The notes under the pieces: generated by a model
Databases searched by the model: none
What the model saw: only the letters and a program-made list of their open reading frames with translations
Told to the model about the DNA's origin: nothing
Assembly (NCBI RefSeq): GCF_963853765.1
Contig: NC_088853.1
Span: 2,170,001 to 2,234,000, forward strand
Reading direction: 5' to 3'
DNA: 64,000 nt
From: Magallana gigas
Taxonomy: Eukaryota
In this document: positions 50,040 through 63,822 of the stretch, in pieces
How positions within the stretch are numbered: the first letter of the stretch is position 1
Layout: each line of letters begins with the position of its first letter
Position numbers and translations under genes: made by a program

Positions 50040-53000
50040 TAATCTATAAGACTGGTGCCTCTCGAGTTACAGAAGGTCATTTTTCCTGTTTTATCATCAC
50101 TAGACCGACCATTCAAGATTCTCAACTGCGTTGACTTACATAAAGAGATTAGGGCACGTCCATTGGAGTTGATAGTATTCTTATCTTCTGTTCTGCGTTT
50201 TGTAATTTCTTCATCCGGGATATAACTTAGGACACTTAGTATATGACTATGTAAAGTTTAATCAATAATATCAGATTCAATGCAATCTGCTGCAATTCCA
50301 CACCTGCTATTCAAGTCAACCATAATAGGTACATTTCCGCGAAAGATATATTTCGCAACACTGTCTTCTAGAATATCAAAAATCTCTATATTGTAAGCAG
50401 AGTGGAAGACGCTTCCCTCGGGTGGTATGTATGTGAAGGCAATATAGAGGTCCTTATCAGTGTCAAATAATCGTTTGTCAAGCTTTAGCCAAATAATGCT
50501 ATCGAATAGAACCTCGGATACAGTGATAAATGACTTTAGCCACGTTTTGCTAGCAAGTAAAAACCCACCCTCTTTACATTTACTTCTCTGTATTGGCGGG
50601 AAAACGTCAAAATCACACAGTTCAAAATCATTATCGCTAGCCAGGTCTTACACAAGAATATCAAATCATTGCTCTTTAAAAGAGTTTGAAAGTGTTCGTC
50701 CTGTAATTTTTTATCAAGAGATCTCTGGACGTTCCAGCTACATATCTTCAAAGGATGTTCAAATGAACCCCTTCCGCTGTCCTAATTTGTATCATCGGGT
50801 ACCTTGACCTCTTTTCCGTCTATAATATAGTGTCTATTTACTACTAAGCTTGCGCGTTGGTTGTTTTTCTTAGCTTCTAGGTAGATAGGGTAAAGCCTCT
50901 TTCTCGCTTCGATTACCTCTGTGGGGAATTGCTCACGAACAAAATAGTTGGTGCCTTTCAGGTTTTTTGAATGGGATCGGACTGTTTCTCTTTCTTTATG
51001 AAAACTGAACTTGGCCACAATTTTCCTATGTTTTTTCTTGTCAATAGGTCCAGCCCTGTGAACCCTTTCAAAACTGATATTTTTGGCAAACTGTCTATCT
51101 AGTCTCATGTCATGTTCGATGAATTCATATAGGATTTGCTCTGTTTCTTCTGATTTTTCATTTGGTTTCTCGGGAATATTGAAAAATATCAAATTGTCTC
51201 ATAGTTCTGGTCTGTAAATCAAGCAAATCGTCTTTTGTTTTGGCTAGATCTGCTTTGATATTGCTTGTTGTGTTTTCAAAAACAGATGTGTTTGTTTTGC
51301 ATTTGGCAACTTCCTATGTTAGATAATTAACTGTTTGCTCCATATGAGCGAATCTAGTTTCAAGATTGCCAAGTTTATTAAGAATCTCATCTAAGCAGTT
51401 TAACTTTGAAAATGTGTTGTGGATATCCACTGAAATTAACACCAAGATAAGTAAATACGTCAACATTTTCGAGCTCTGTGTTATCATAAAAAAAAAACAT
51501 TTTTCAGAGCTTTTAATTTTTCCACCATTTCGAAAAACAACCATTTTTGTTTTGCTACCATTTACCTCTAGCTTCCAACTATCTGTATACGTTTTTTGTG
51601 TATCTAACATTTTTTGAAGCCCTTCTACACTTTCTGAAAATAACACAGTATTGTCAGCATACAAAAGTAAAAATAGATTCAAATCTTGAAGCTCAATGCT
51701 TTGACAACAGTTTGAAAGTAATTTATTTTCTAGATCATTAATAAATAATAAAAACAACATGGGTGAGAGTGCATCATTTTGTTATAAGACCTGACTGTAA
51801 AGGAAAATATTCGGAAAATTGACCATTAACTTTCACACAGCTTCTGATGTCATTATACATAGATCTAATAATATTGAACAATTTTCCATTAATACCAGCT
51901 TTAACCAATTCATGCCATAGTTTATTGTGTTGAATGCTGTCGAACGCCTTTTTAAAGTCAACAAAACAACAGTACAAACGTGTCTTGTCATTCAACGTTT
52001 TGCTTATTAATGAGTGTAAGACAAATATAGCATTTCTTGTCCCTGATCCAGGTTTAAACCCAAACTGTGTGTCACTTACTACCTTATTTTCCTCACTCCA
52101 CAACAACAGACGTTTATTCAAGATAGATGTGAATAATTCTGAAATATGACTTAATAAAGTTATCCCCCGATAATTGTATGGGTTATTTACATCACCTTTT
52201 TTTATGAATAGGGACAATTATTCCTTGTGACCATGTTGGGTAACAACCGGCATTCAAAATGGCATTGAACAGTTTTGTCAAAAGAGGTGAAAATACATTT
52301 AAAAACTTTTGAAAAATTCATTAAGTACATTATCAAAACCTGCAGACTTATTTAATTTTGAATCAGCAATTGCTTTGTTTATTTCATCAATTGTAAATGA
52401 AGAGTCACGTTGTGGAAATATCGGGGGTTCGGTAAATTCGGGTACGGGGTCTTCATAATCAGTTTGGTTGATCGCAATATTTTTGAAGTGTTCATAAAAG
52501 TCTAATGTCGAGAGCGTTGTATTATTTCTCTTTTTGGCACCTTTAAATACACGGAAGAATGACTTTGGGTTGGATCGGCAGGGTAACTCCAGTTGATTTC
52601 CCTCATGTCTTTGGTATATACTTTTAAGACGAGTTTCGACGGTTTTGTATTTCTTTTTGGCAGCAGCGAGTTTATCATGGTTTTCCGGTGTTCTAGATGT
52701 GTTGAATGTTGACAAGGATTTTCTGTATTCCTGATATAGGGCCTTGCATAGATCATCGAACCATGATTTGTGTTCTGAGTTGGTGTTGGACTTGGAATTT
52801 TGTTTGGAACCGCGTACGCTGTTTTGGTTATATGTTATTTCCTTTTCACAGAACTCACTGAAAGTGTCTAGTATTGCGCTGGAAAAATTTGTCGCTGAGA
52901 TGTTGATACCTTCTGGAGATTCGTCTATATCTTCAACAGAAGCGATTGTATTTGGTGAACTATGGTCTAGTCGTTTTTTTATTTCGCCAAAAGCATCCGG

Positions 53001-53178
53001 GTTCCATAATACTTTTGTAGTTTTTTCCACAGGGGTTTGAAGTATATTATGCTGTTTATTATTGTTTTCTTTCGTTTTTACTGTGAGGTAAATGGGCGCA
53101 TGGTCGGAATATAAATTAAAGTCACCAACACGAAAGTTACAAGTTTCACTTCGTAAAAAAACATTTTCAATTTGTACA

Positions 53179-53905
53179 TCTATACTACTATATTAAAATA
53201 ATAGACTCGAATGTTTCGCCTTTTATACCGATAAATCGGAAGAGTACTGTCTTTTGTTTTATATATTTTAAACATTATTGGTACTTTAATATTACCAATT
53301 TGTTTTAATTTTTTCTCAATCAAGTTTCGCTTATTAAAAATCAACGAAAATTGCTTTAAAAATTCCGGAAATCATCTGGATTTTTTTTATTTTACAATAT
53401 TGCGCATGCGCATTGCATTAACGCTAAATCACGGGAGCCGTTTTAGTTTACGTTCCAACAATATCACATTTGCATGGATGAACTCAGAAACAATACTACA
53501 AATACGTGTAAATTGTTATTGGAAATCTGCTTTATATATTCTGGTAAAAAAAAAAACGTTGGTGAAAAAGAATTGAATTCTTCAATAATTTGAATAAGAT
53601 ATTTAGATGAAAGGTATTTACAGTCTCAAAATGGTTTGTTATTTAAAAAAATCGTTTTGGATCGATTCTGCAATTTCCTACTACATTACGGTTATATGGG
53701 AGGCATTTTAACTGTGGTGACGGCCTGTTCTGAGACACAGTTAGATTATTTTAATTAAGCAGAGGGTAGTGAAATAAATAGCATTATTACAGGCTTAACG
53801 CTTGGTTCTGTTAAGGTCAACAATACGGTGTGTCGATGTATCTATTTTATAAATGTTCGATATCATATGCAATGTTAACCCGTGCACGCACGGGTCAAAG
53901 TCTAG
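53179..53905 (+). mobile_element. Helitron copy 3 (product of the triplication)
   Basis: Same termini, hairpin and insertion site at +7732. Confidence 0.92.
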
Positions 53906-56900
53906 TAATCTATAAGACTGGTGCCTCTCGAGTTACAGAAGGTCATTTTTCCTGTTTTATCATCACTAGACCGACCATTCAAGATTCTCAACTGCGTTGA
54001 CTTACATAAAGAGATTAGGGCACGTCCATTGGAGTTGATAGTATTCTTATCTTCTGTTCTGCGTTTTGTAATTTCTTCATCCGGGATATAACTTAGGACA
54101 CTTAGTATATGACTATGTAAAGTTTAATCAATAATATCAGATTCAATGCAATCTGCTGCAATTCCACACCTGCTATTCAAGTCAACCATAATAGGTACAT
54201 TTCCGCGAAAGATATATTTCGCAACACTGTCTTCTAGAATATCAAAAATCTCTATATTGTAAGCAGAGTGGAAGACGCTTCCCTCGGGTGGTATGTATGT
54301 GAAGGCAATATAGAGGTCCTTATCAGTGTCAAATAATCGTTTGTCAAGCTTTAGCCAAATAATGCTATCGAATAGAACCTCGGATACAGTGATAAATGAC
54401 TTTAGCCACGTTTTGCTAGCAAGTAAAAACCCACCCTCTTTACATTTACTTCTCTGTATTGGCGGGAAAACGTCAAAATCACACAGTTCAAAATCATTAT
54501 CGCTAGCCAGGTCTTACACAAGAATATCAAATCATTGCTCTTTAAAAGAGTTTGAAAGTGTTCGTCCTGTAATTTTTTATCAAGAGATCTCTGGACGTTC
54601 CAGCTACATATCTTCAAAGGATGTTCAAATGAACCCCTTCCGCTGTCCTAATTTGTATCATCGGGTACCTTGACCTCTTTTCCGTCTATAATATAGTGTC
54701 TATTTACTACTAAGCTTGCGCGTTGGTTGTTTTTCTTAGCTTCTAGGTAGATAGGGTAAAGCCTCTTTCTCGCTTCGATTACCTCTGTGGGGAATTGCTC
54801 ACGAACAAAATAGTTGGTGCCTTTCAGGTTTTTTGAATGGGATCGGACTGTTTCTCTTTCTTTATGAAAACTGAACTTGGCCACAATTTTCCTATGTTTT
54901 TTCTTGTCAATAGGTCCAGCCCTGTGAACCCTTTCAAAACTGATATTTTTGGCAAACTGTCTATCTAGTCTCATGTCATGTTCGATGAATTCAAATAGGA
55001 TTTGCTCTGTTTCTTCTGATTTTTCATTTGGTTTCTCGGGAATATTGAAAAATATCAAATTGTCTCATAGTTCTGGTCTGTAAATCAAGCAAATCGTCTT
55101 TTGTTTTGGCTAGATCTGCTTTGATATTGCTTGTTGTGTTTTCAAAAACAGATGTGTTTGTTTTGCATTTGGCAACTTCCTATGTTAGATAATTAACTGT
55201 TTGCTCCATATGAGCGAATCTAGTTTCAAGATTGCCAAGTTTATTAAGAATCTCATCTAAGCAGTTTAACTTTGAAAATGTGTTGTGGATATCCACTAGA
55301 ATGTTCTGAACAGTGGGCACAGGGGCTTGAAACTGGGGGAATCCTGACGGTACACCAACATGAGGGTGTTGCTGGAGATAAGGGCTGTGGATTGGGGCTC
55401 CTTCCGGTACCTGTGTGTTTGTAATTTGATTTGGTGTTTGGTGTATCATAGCTAATTCGGGTCTAGCATTTAGAATTTCATTTGAACCGGCTCTCATTTC
55501 GCCAGTGGAGCCAAGCGTGACATTTTGACTAGTAATACTAGTACTCTGTGTATGTGTGTTATGTTGGTCATGCAATTCTTGCGTTCTTTTGGGTGATAAT
55601 TCTCTTTCTGTTCCTGTAGAACTTCTATCAGACCGCCTACGTTTGCCAATTTCAATTTCGGTTTTGTTTGTGTTTCTACTCTTAGCCTTTGTAACGTGTG
55701 CCATATACAATCAGGTGCGAATACCTTTGTTTATTTCAGGTAATGCGACTATTCACGGACTATGACACGTATATATAGTCATATAGATAAACACTTTGCT
55801 ATAAAACTACTAAATATCAAGACACGAGAAGTCACAATACTAGTACATACACTTTCCAATGTCTGTTTGTGCTGTTTTTGCTCCTCATAAAACGTCTCTA
55901 TGTGCCACTACCCGGATTCTCGATTAGAGCTCAGCGAACACGTCCACCATTCACCACGTCACAACCCCCCCCCCCCCCCGTAAAAAAAGAAAAAGATTAC
56001 ATTCACGATTTTTTTCATTATAAGAATGGAATGAAAATGCAAGCTATTCTTGTTATGCCCCTGATTTTGTTATTTTACATATAACTTGTAGTCATATTTT
56101 AAAATCTCGTAGGAAAGTATTAAATTAAGTAATTCCAGTGTTTCTGTTGTTTGGGGTTTTTTAGCCAATGTGTTCTCACGCATGAATTTGGTATGCTGAC
56201 CATCAGTCGTGTCATTCATATAAAGTCTCTTAACTGACCATTCGTTTTTTACCCAGAGAGACTGTGGCCGATCACGATCTTTTTATTGTACTGCCTTCCA
56301 TGTGATTTGGAATAAGAGTTTTACAACACAGTCAGTTACATAGTTTCATTTATATGGCCATGAATGCTACACATTTATCCTAGTTTATCCTTATAAAGTC
56401 ATCGGAGAGTAGGATCCGCTCTCGTGATAATATTGCCTGTACTAGCTGTCGTGGTAAAAAAAAAATGACTTTAATCTGCGTTGATAAATTATTATACCAA
56501 AATTAAAACATATATATGTTATTTTTTTGTTGTTGGTATGTATAAAATGAAGTCATCATCGACGTGCATGCTACACACATAAAGTCTGGGTGTGGATCCG
56601 TTAGTTAGAGATCTAGTTAATTAAAGTCTATTGAGACAATTACATTTTACAAGTCACTGAATCACCGTGTCCTGTTATAATATTCAATCTTTTTTCAGCA
56701 ACTGACAAGAGCAATCTTTAATATAATTTTTAATCTTTTTATTACATGGCACCAACGGGCTTCAGTAAAATAGTTACATAGAATATTAATAACATGAAAA
56801 AATCTTTCCGGAATGAAGTAGAAACTTTTAGCAAGGGAGATGATAGCGTCAGATGGTATTGACTAGGACGTTTTTCATGCGCTGGATGAGCTTTCTACAT

Positions 56901-57125
56901 AGAACATGAATCCTACCGCTGGATTCAGTTCCTCCCAGATGTCTGATGAATTGTGTTTAATTGCCAATTTATTAGAGATCAGATACAAATGTACAGATTT
57001 ATGAAACAATTCTTTGAAGGGGATTATTGCATCTGCCGCGCCGATTGAAAAGAAAAACAAAAAGATTTAATAGGTCACATATATATTTCATATTTCTTCC
57101 CCTTCCCAACTTCGTTTTCTTTCTA

Positions 57126-57461
57126 AAGGTTGAATAACACATCGTCGCAAAATGGCTGACCTCTGATCGAAACGAAATTTCATTATATTAAAAGGATTTT
57201 AATCGACAGCAACATCTACATTACTTCATAGCCGGGTGGTTAAAGTGTTTGGCTTATGATCCGTACATCCCGAGTTCGAATCCATTTGGGGCTTTTGCTG
57301 TTATTTACTGAATTGAATTTCTAATTATTCTTTTTTTATCCCCAAACTGCAAATTTTCGTTTATTTGACATATGTACGGTTAATTTATCATAAAATCTTT
57401 CATAATCAAATAATTTACTGTTAGTTCGAGTGACTTTTTCCAGGTGTGTTATTCCACTTTA
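57126..57461. mobile_element. Kolobok-like MITE containing a tRNA-like segment (57225-57292)
   Basis: TIR AAGGTTGAATAACAC / GTGTTATTCCACTTT. Internal A box TAGCCGGGTGG (57229) and B box GTTCGAATCC (57274). Confidence 0.6.
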
Positions 57462-58957
57462 GACAAAGAATGTATTTTTTAACGTTAAAAATGTTGTTCT
57501 AACCCAGTTTATGATGTCTAAGTATAACGTCGCTAGCTGTTGAATTTTATTCAGTCGTTATTTAAATTTCAGTTCTTTTAGCATCAACATACCGATCAAA
57601 AGTAAAGTTAACCGACAACTATTGCACACAGTTCAGGTTGCATTTTCATAGTTACATAAAGGAGAACCTTGGAATGTTTTCCCTGCAAATCTCAGCACTT
57701 TCAGTCTTTCAGTAGGTGCTCTTTATTGCCAAATTCACTCTCACGCAAAGAACGACGACAATGAAAATTAGAATAATTATTTTGGTGAAATACGGTTATG
57801 TATAATTTTAAATATGTCTCCAAACAAATATCTAAACCTGTCAAGCAGACGATTTTTATATTTGTAGATTTTTAATTTTAGAATAACAGTAAATCTCTTA
57901 TTCAGTAAAAATGACTTTGAGCCTAGGTTTAGGGTAATTCTATTAGTCACAATTCATCTTTACAAAAGATAATCTATAATTGTAAATACTTCGAGAGGGT
58001 GGGGTATATTTCTCGTGTCACAAAAACGACTGAGTACATTGCGTGCAAATGCAGGCGCCTTTCTTTTATATAATTTGACTTTTAAACAAGTTAACTTGAT
58101 CTCGATCTTAACACTAGTTGTCATGAGAATATTTAATCTTTTATAAGTAGTTCAACATTGTGTATGAATTTTACGTCCCGGTTAATTCATTTTAAAGATT
58201 TTTAGTTATTTTCTCAAGGAACCCGACATCAAACTGATAAGTGACAAAGTCCTAAAAATAAATACAATTTTACGTGTGATAATAATTGAATGGCATTAAA
58301 TGGTTATTTGAAAAAAAAAAGGCCTTTATGATAAATGATATAAGCACATGTAGATTCATCTGGTGATTCATGCGGAATGTGAAGGTGGCTATATTGCAGA
58401 AAAAATGCATATTTTTTTTCGGCAATGATCGCTATCTTCATAACCCACATGAATCATCCAAAAAAGCATTTTATCTTTTATATTTACATCTTTCTTTTAA
58501 AAAAAATAATTAATTGATTGTAAAAAGTAAGTAAAATCCACTAAATTACTGTTAATACGTTAGCTAAAAGACACGGCCAAAACGTCTCCAGTGAGACTTT
58601 GTGTCTGACATCATCATGATTATTTCGTGCAGTCCGTGATTTCTCTTAGGTCGCTGTAGGTTTTGACCAATCCATAAACGGAGCGTATATATATATATAT
58701 TTAAGTCCTGTCAGTTTCAGTCGATGAAAGGTTAGACCAATCGATAAACGGGGCGCGTAATTTTCAGTCCGACTGCTTCTATATAGCTATGAAATAACAA
58801 TACGTTTCCGTAAAAAATAGAAGGAATTATACTCGGATGATGGAAATATGAAAATGAATGTTCAGGAGATTGTGACGCATTTCAAACATAAGCATAACAT
58901 ATAAAGCCTGTATGTTGGTAAAAGATTGACAAAAGTCAGTACAAGTAGCATTTTCAA

Positions 58958-59333
58958 TTACACAAGATATTACCACATAACCGGCATACATTATCACACT
59001 TTCTACATGTGTATGTCTTTAATTTAAACAGTTACACAAGATAATACCACATTACCGGCATACATTAACACACTTTCTACATGTGTATGTCTTTAATTTA
59101 AACAGTTACACAAGATATTACCACATAACCGGCATACATTATCACACTTTCTACATGTGCATGTCTTTAATTTAAACAGTTACACAAGATATTACCACAT
59201 AACCGGCATACATTATCACACTTTCTACATGTGTATGTTTTTAATTTAAACAGTTACACAAGATAATACCACATAACCGGCATACATTATAACACTTTCT
59301 ACACGTGTATGTCTTTAATTCAAACAGTTACAC
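58958..59333. repeat. 74-bp tandem repeat, 5 copies
   Basis: CCGGCATAC at 58981, 59055, 59129, 59203 and 59277. Confidence 0.95.
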
Positions 59334-59337
59334 TATA

Positions 59338-59707
59338 TAAATAGTGCCTGTTTGGGAGGGTAACAGTTGAAATTGACACCCCGAGAAAATCATTGTCAAC
59401 CGACGCGAAGCGGAGGTTGACAATGGTTTTCGAGGGGTGTCAATTTCAACTGTTATCCTCCCAAACAGGCACTATTTATTTTGTTATACTGAATGTCTTT
59501 TTTAAAATTTTAAAGAAAATTTTACTGCTTTTATATAGGAATAACGTGAATTCTACAGCGAACCGTACGCGCATAATTTTCGCGCATGTAATATTTTTTA
59601 ATGTTACCCGTTGCCAAGTGCGTTGCTAACGCTGAGGGTAATAGTAAATATTATTAACTGCGTCTTAACCAATCAGATTTCAGTATTTAACATGAAAGTA
59701 TAACAAT
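59338..59707. mobile_element. Non-autonomous element with a 141-bp foldback head (59338-59478), possibly Crypton-like
   Basis: TAAATAGTGCCTGTTTGGGAG...GTCAACC-GACGCGAAGCGGA-GGTTGAC...CTCCCAAACAGGCACTATTTA. The tail ends CCAATCAGATTTCAGTATTTAACATGAAAGTATAACAA. Class assignment is from memory. Confidence 0.65.
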
Positions 59708-59971
59708 AACATTTGTTTAAACCATATCACATCAATATTTTGCGCAATTTGTAAGGTTTTTTTTGTTTTTTGTTATAAGTATCTCTGTGTTGTGTGGGCC
59801 TATTTAAAGAGGTTGATACTCCGAGTTATCTCCCTTCTAACACAGATTGAAGTGTATATAAAGACCTTTTCGTGAATAATTTACAACAAGAATATACAAA
59901 GAAATGATGATCAGATACATCAAGGAACTCTACGATATATTACTTAGCATTGTTTCTGAAAGTGGACGGGG

Positions 59972-60143
59972 CATGTGCAGATCCAAAAAATATCCCCGGA
60001 AGGGAGGGGGGTCCTGCGGATAGGGGGGGGGGGGGGGGTTGAGACATAATTCTGGCAATTTCTTTAGTTAATTTAAAGAAATTTGAATTTTGCAAGGGTT
60101 GGAGGGGGGTCCGTACCCCTGACCCCCTCTAGATTAGCGCATG
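59972..60143. mobile_element. Degenerate copy of the CATGCGCGGATC-TIR MITE family
   Basis: CATGTGCAGATCC ... CTAGATTAGCGCATG with G/C tracts. Confidence 0.55.
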
Positions 60144-60381
60144 GGGGAGGGGCATACTTAACCATAATTTTTGACTATCATATCTATTTCCATGGTGGCT
60201 TACTATAGGAAGTGATGGACATGTCTTAGTAGGCGCTGGCACGATAAGGGTCCTCCAAAGCTCAAAGTCAGGAATTGACCTGGATCTTTAAATAATGGCG
60301 TGGTTGAAGTACACCGATCATTGTTTCAAAAATATCAATAAATATATGCACTTTATTCTACATGAAATGCAATGCACCAAT

Positions 60382-60382
<1 letters not shown>

Positions 60383-60419
<37 letters not shown>

Positions 60420-60569
60420 GGGGGTCCCGACCCCCCCTGGAAAATGAAAATTTATTAAATTTACATAGTAAAATTATCGCGAAAATATGCCTCGGACCCC
60501 CCCCCCCCCCCCTGGCAAACACAATTATCCTTCGGACCCCCCTGGAAAAATTTTCTGGATCCGCGCATG
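60383..60569. mobile_element. 187-bp MITE with 12-bp TIR and 5-bp TSD
   Basis: CAATA|CATGCGCGGATC ... GATCCGCGCATG|CAATA. Confidence 0.85.
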
Positions 60570-61576
60570 CAATATTTTATTTACTGAGAACAAATCAAGA
60601 AATAACGTATTGTCAGGGACACCTACACTTACATGCAGCAGGGTACAACTGTTTAAACACTTAATGTCCATTTTACTCTTTAAAGAATTCCTCGTGTAAT
60701 ACATTTCATGTGCGGGTCTACAGGTGGAGTGGTTGCGTATATTTCCCCTGAAAAAAAACCTTATTAAATAAGTAAAGCAAAGCTACCCCCCACCCCCCTC
60801 CACCCCCCAAAAAGGCATCGGATCCCTTATCCGCTAAACAAAATACCCCCTCCCACATTTGTTCGCTTTTTGGACATACGTACGGTTTATTTATCATCAT
60901 ATCTATCGTAATTAAATAATCTACCTTTAATTTTAGTGACTTTTACCAGGTGTGGTAGTCCACCTTAATGACTTTGTTTCTTTGTTGTGAACGGCTTTCT
61001 CCTCGTCAAAAACGAGCGCGGCCTTCGCTAAATTTCTCTCCTGAAACAGTTCTTCAAATTCAGCCAACTTTTGGGACTTCGCCCCTCGTGCTTGAATTCA
61101 AATGCTGGTCCGGTCTCTGCCACATGCGCAGCACTGCTCACCGTGGTGGGTTTTTGGAAGTTTCTGAGTAAGCCCCGTTATGTTTTTATGATTAAACAAC
61201 TCTGTTTTTCTATCGCTTTCTTTAGTAAGGAAGGAAAATAATTAAACTGTCTCATCGTTCGATAGTCCTATATCACTGCATTCCATTCTATCTGCCATTT
61301 TACCTCATTTAAAACACATACAACTAACGAGCAAGCTTAGAGTGCCACGCCACCGCATTGTTCTACTATTTATATTACCTGATCACGTGACTCGAAACCT
61401 GTTCTAGTTCATGTATGTATGAAAACTCATCACGCTCATGATCTCAAATACAGTTGAACGAATGGCAGAGCTTTATTGCCGTGTTTTAATGATAAAAACA
61501 TGCGTGGTGAAAGGTTGTGAATAATGCGTGGTGGGTGGATATGTGTAGAGGGACTGATTATCATGACAACACATTT

Positions 61577-61581
<5 letters not shown>

Positions 61582-61655
<74 letters not shown>
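61582..61655. repeat. (GA)n microsatellite
   Basis: Uninterrupted GA run. Confidence 0.95.
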
Positions 61656-61658
<3 letters not shown>

Positions 61659-63669
61659 TAGTTATGCTGAAGAGGTTGATAATTTGAGTTATCTCCCTTA
61701 TAACACCAAGTTATGACATATCCTGTAAATAATTTACAACAAATTTTTTTTCGAAATATCAAGACCATTAATGATAATAAGAACCGATTTTGAAAGTTAA
61801 CAAAAAGCAATCTTACTTGGAAATATAGAAAGTAATCAAAAATTAGCAGTAAGTAATACAAACGCATGTTAAAGGGCATTAGATGTAAACTTAAATGATA
61901 TTTCATCTTTTTTTTTATTTACAAGAAACAAGTTTCGATGATACTGAAGTCAATGTGTATGATCGTTTGTTCCAGCCATAAAAAATCAAAGTACTGAAAG
62001 TACTGATAGGCGGAAGCATGATTGCAAGTTGTCAATGTAATAGTGTTATAACTATTTTCTTTTTAAGAATTTGTTTGATAACAGAAAACACTATTCTAAT
62101 GTGTCAATTAAGGTATATACATGTAGTAAATGTGGAAATACTCAGTTACTGCACCAGATTAGTCCAGATTATGCCTTAAATAAAGATTAGATGAGAAAAG
62201 CAATTTAAACATCAAAACATCTATTTTGTGAAGTACATTTATATAACAATTGATATTTATATGCAAGCTGAAGTTACAGGAATACATTTTCATTTATTAT
62301 GCCAATTTATTAAAAATAGTCATTTTGACATCAAAATGATGAAAGAATATTATAGTATTAGAATTAAATGAACTGAACTTCTGAGACTGCAGTATTTTAT
62401 TCTTTACAATAATGTTTCACCAATATACAGAAGTTACATTTGTACATCACTTGATTACAGTATTGTACACAATCAAGTTATCTGTGTGTCACTTTGCTCA
62501 CTTGAGAATCAAAAGCCATTGAGAAATCAGCTTTATAGAATGATACACAAAATATATGGACAATGTGTAGTCAATAAAGAGATTTTGAAGTTTTCTTAAC
62601 ATATTCTCAAGTTTAACAGTAACAGGTTGATTTCAAAGTCATTTTATATGTGGAGAATTGCAGACCTCTAAATGATCCTCAGATTGCAGTTCATACATTT
62701 TGTTGACAAATGTTTAAAACTTAGAAAGAATGTATCTACTTACTGTACTGTACACCATACATATATTTAACAAAGATCAAACATATATGCAAATGTTGAG
62801 AATTACAATACATGTACAATGGAAAAGCCAAGTAATTTATGGATAACTATAGATTGATATTCAATAGTGTACAAATTATGTGTCCTTTACAATTGCTCGA
62901 TGTTGTACTGTCAAATCACAGGTCTCTAGTACTGAAGACATTTGAACTTTTAACTTTTAAGTTTTTATTTTAATACTAATGGAATCTTCAAGAGAACTTC
63001 CCCATTACAGAACATAGACTTCCAAAGAACCCTTCATAGCTGCATGCCGTAAATGTGTTTTTGGAAAGCGTGTAATCCTGGTGTGTGCCATTTGTGGTAA
63101 CAACAATTTCAATACACTAGTGTTGTCTTGCATCCATTATACCAATGGCAGCTGTCTTTTTCAGCAGGATATTCTAAAATGTGTTGATGAAAATGAACAA
63201 TGGATATCTTATCAAGCAATATTTCATTACAAAATACTTGACAACCAATAAAGAAAACATGGATTTAAAAATAAAATAAATCAATAAAACATTTTTGAAT
63301 TTATGTGCGTTTTACCTTAAATAATTTATTTTCAAAAGTATACATGTATTTTGCAAAGAAAGGATGAGATATATAAGAAGATCACATGATGTGGATTATC
63401 AATATTTGTAAGGTTTTTTCGATATACATGTATTATATATAATTAATGGACAACGAAGTGATTGAACTGTAAATAAAAGGTTTTTTTTCCTCCAAAATTC
63501 TTCAGTTTATAATTGCATTTAGAACAAGAATATTTACTACATTATTAAAGATATGACTACAAGATATCTGTGAGTTAATGCTCACTAGTGATACTCCTGC
63601 TCTGATGTGTATACAAAAAAGCATAGTTAACATTACATGTAACGGGAAGTTGACATCAAATATTTTGAA

Positions 63670-63822
63670 AAATGAATCCTACCAATTAACAAAGACTGAG
63701 TTAAAATTTCAAGCATCTGCGATTGTTGCTGAGATATCTTTGACAAAATTTGTGTTATAGACAAACAGACACACAAGGGTAAAACAATATACCCCCTCTC
63801 CTTCTGAGCATGGGTATAATTA
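63670..63822 (+). mobile_element. 3' fragment of a Helentron-like element
   Basis: ...GACAAACAGACACACAAGGGTAAAACAATATACCCCCT...GGGTATAAT with an imperfect terminal hairpin. Confidence 0.45.

Larger units (their letters stand above)
43699..55297. repeat. Near-perfect tandem triplication of a 3866-bp LINE-internal segment (43699-47565, 47566-51431, 51432-55297)
   Basis: The ORF track repeats at +3866 and +7732. The novel junction GGATATCCACT|GAAATTAACACC (ORF1 joined to RT) occurs at 47565/6 and 51431/2. Confidence 0.97.
42800..55945 (-). mobile_element. Near full-length inactivated LINE (ORF1 coiled-coil plus RRM-like domain; ORF2 APE endonuclease, RT and degenerate Cys/His tail), CR1/L2-like group, clade unresolved
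   Basis: ORF1 pieces 55180-55710 and 54648-55058 (ERVHR...IVAKF...VREQFP). ORF2 motifs: ICSWNV...LCKTW, VNMTR..GDFN region, SLIDYV, SDHAPI, NYRGITLL, QFGF, CFVDFKKAFDSI, LSPMLFLLFIND, YADN (catalytic YADD lost), FTYLG, and KCTLFN...HFVLICP near 42950. Multiple stops and frameshifts. Element ends are approximate. Confidence 0.9.

Noticed and set aside
56700-57060. Possible TIR-domain relic (…GFMFYVE…NYFTEARWCH, minus strand)
   Set aside because: The resemblance is weak, interrupted by stops, and the TIR box motifs do not align convincingly.
60020-60545. G/C homopolymer tracts as functional G-quadruplexes
   Set aside because: They are internal parts of common MITEs, and homopolymer lengths are unreliable in assemblies.
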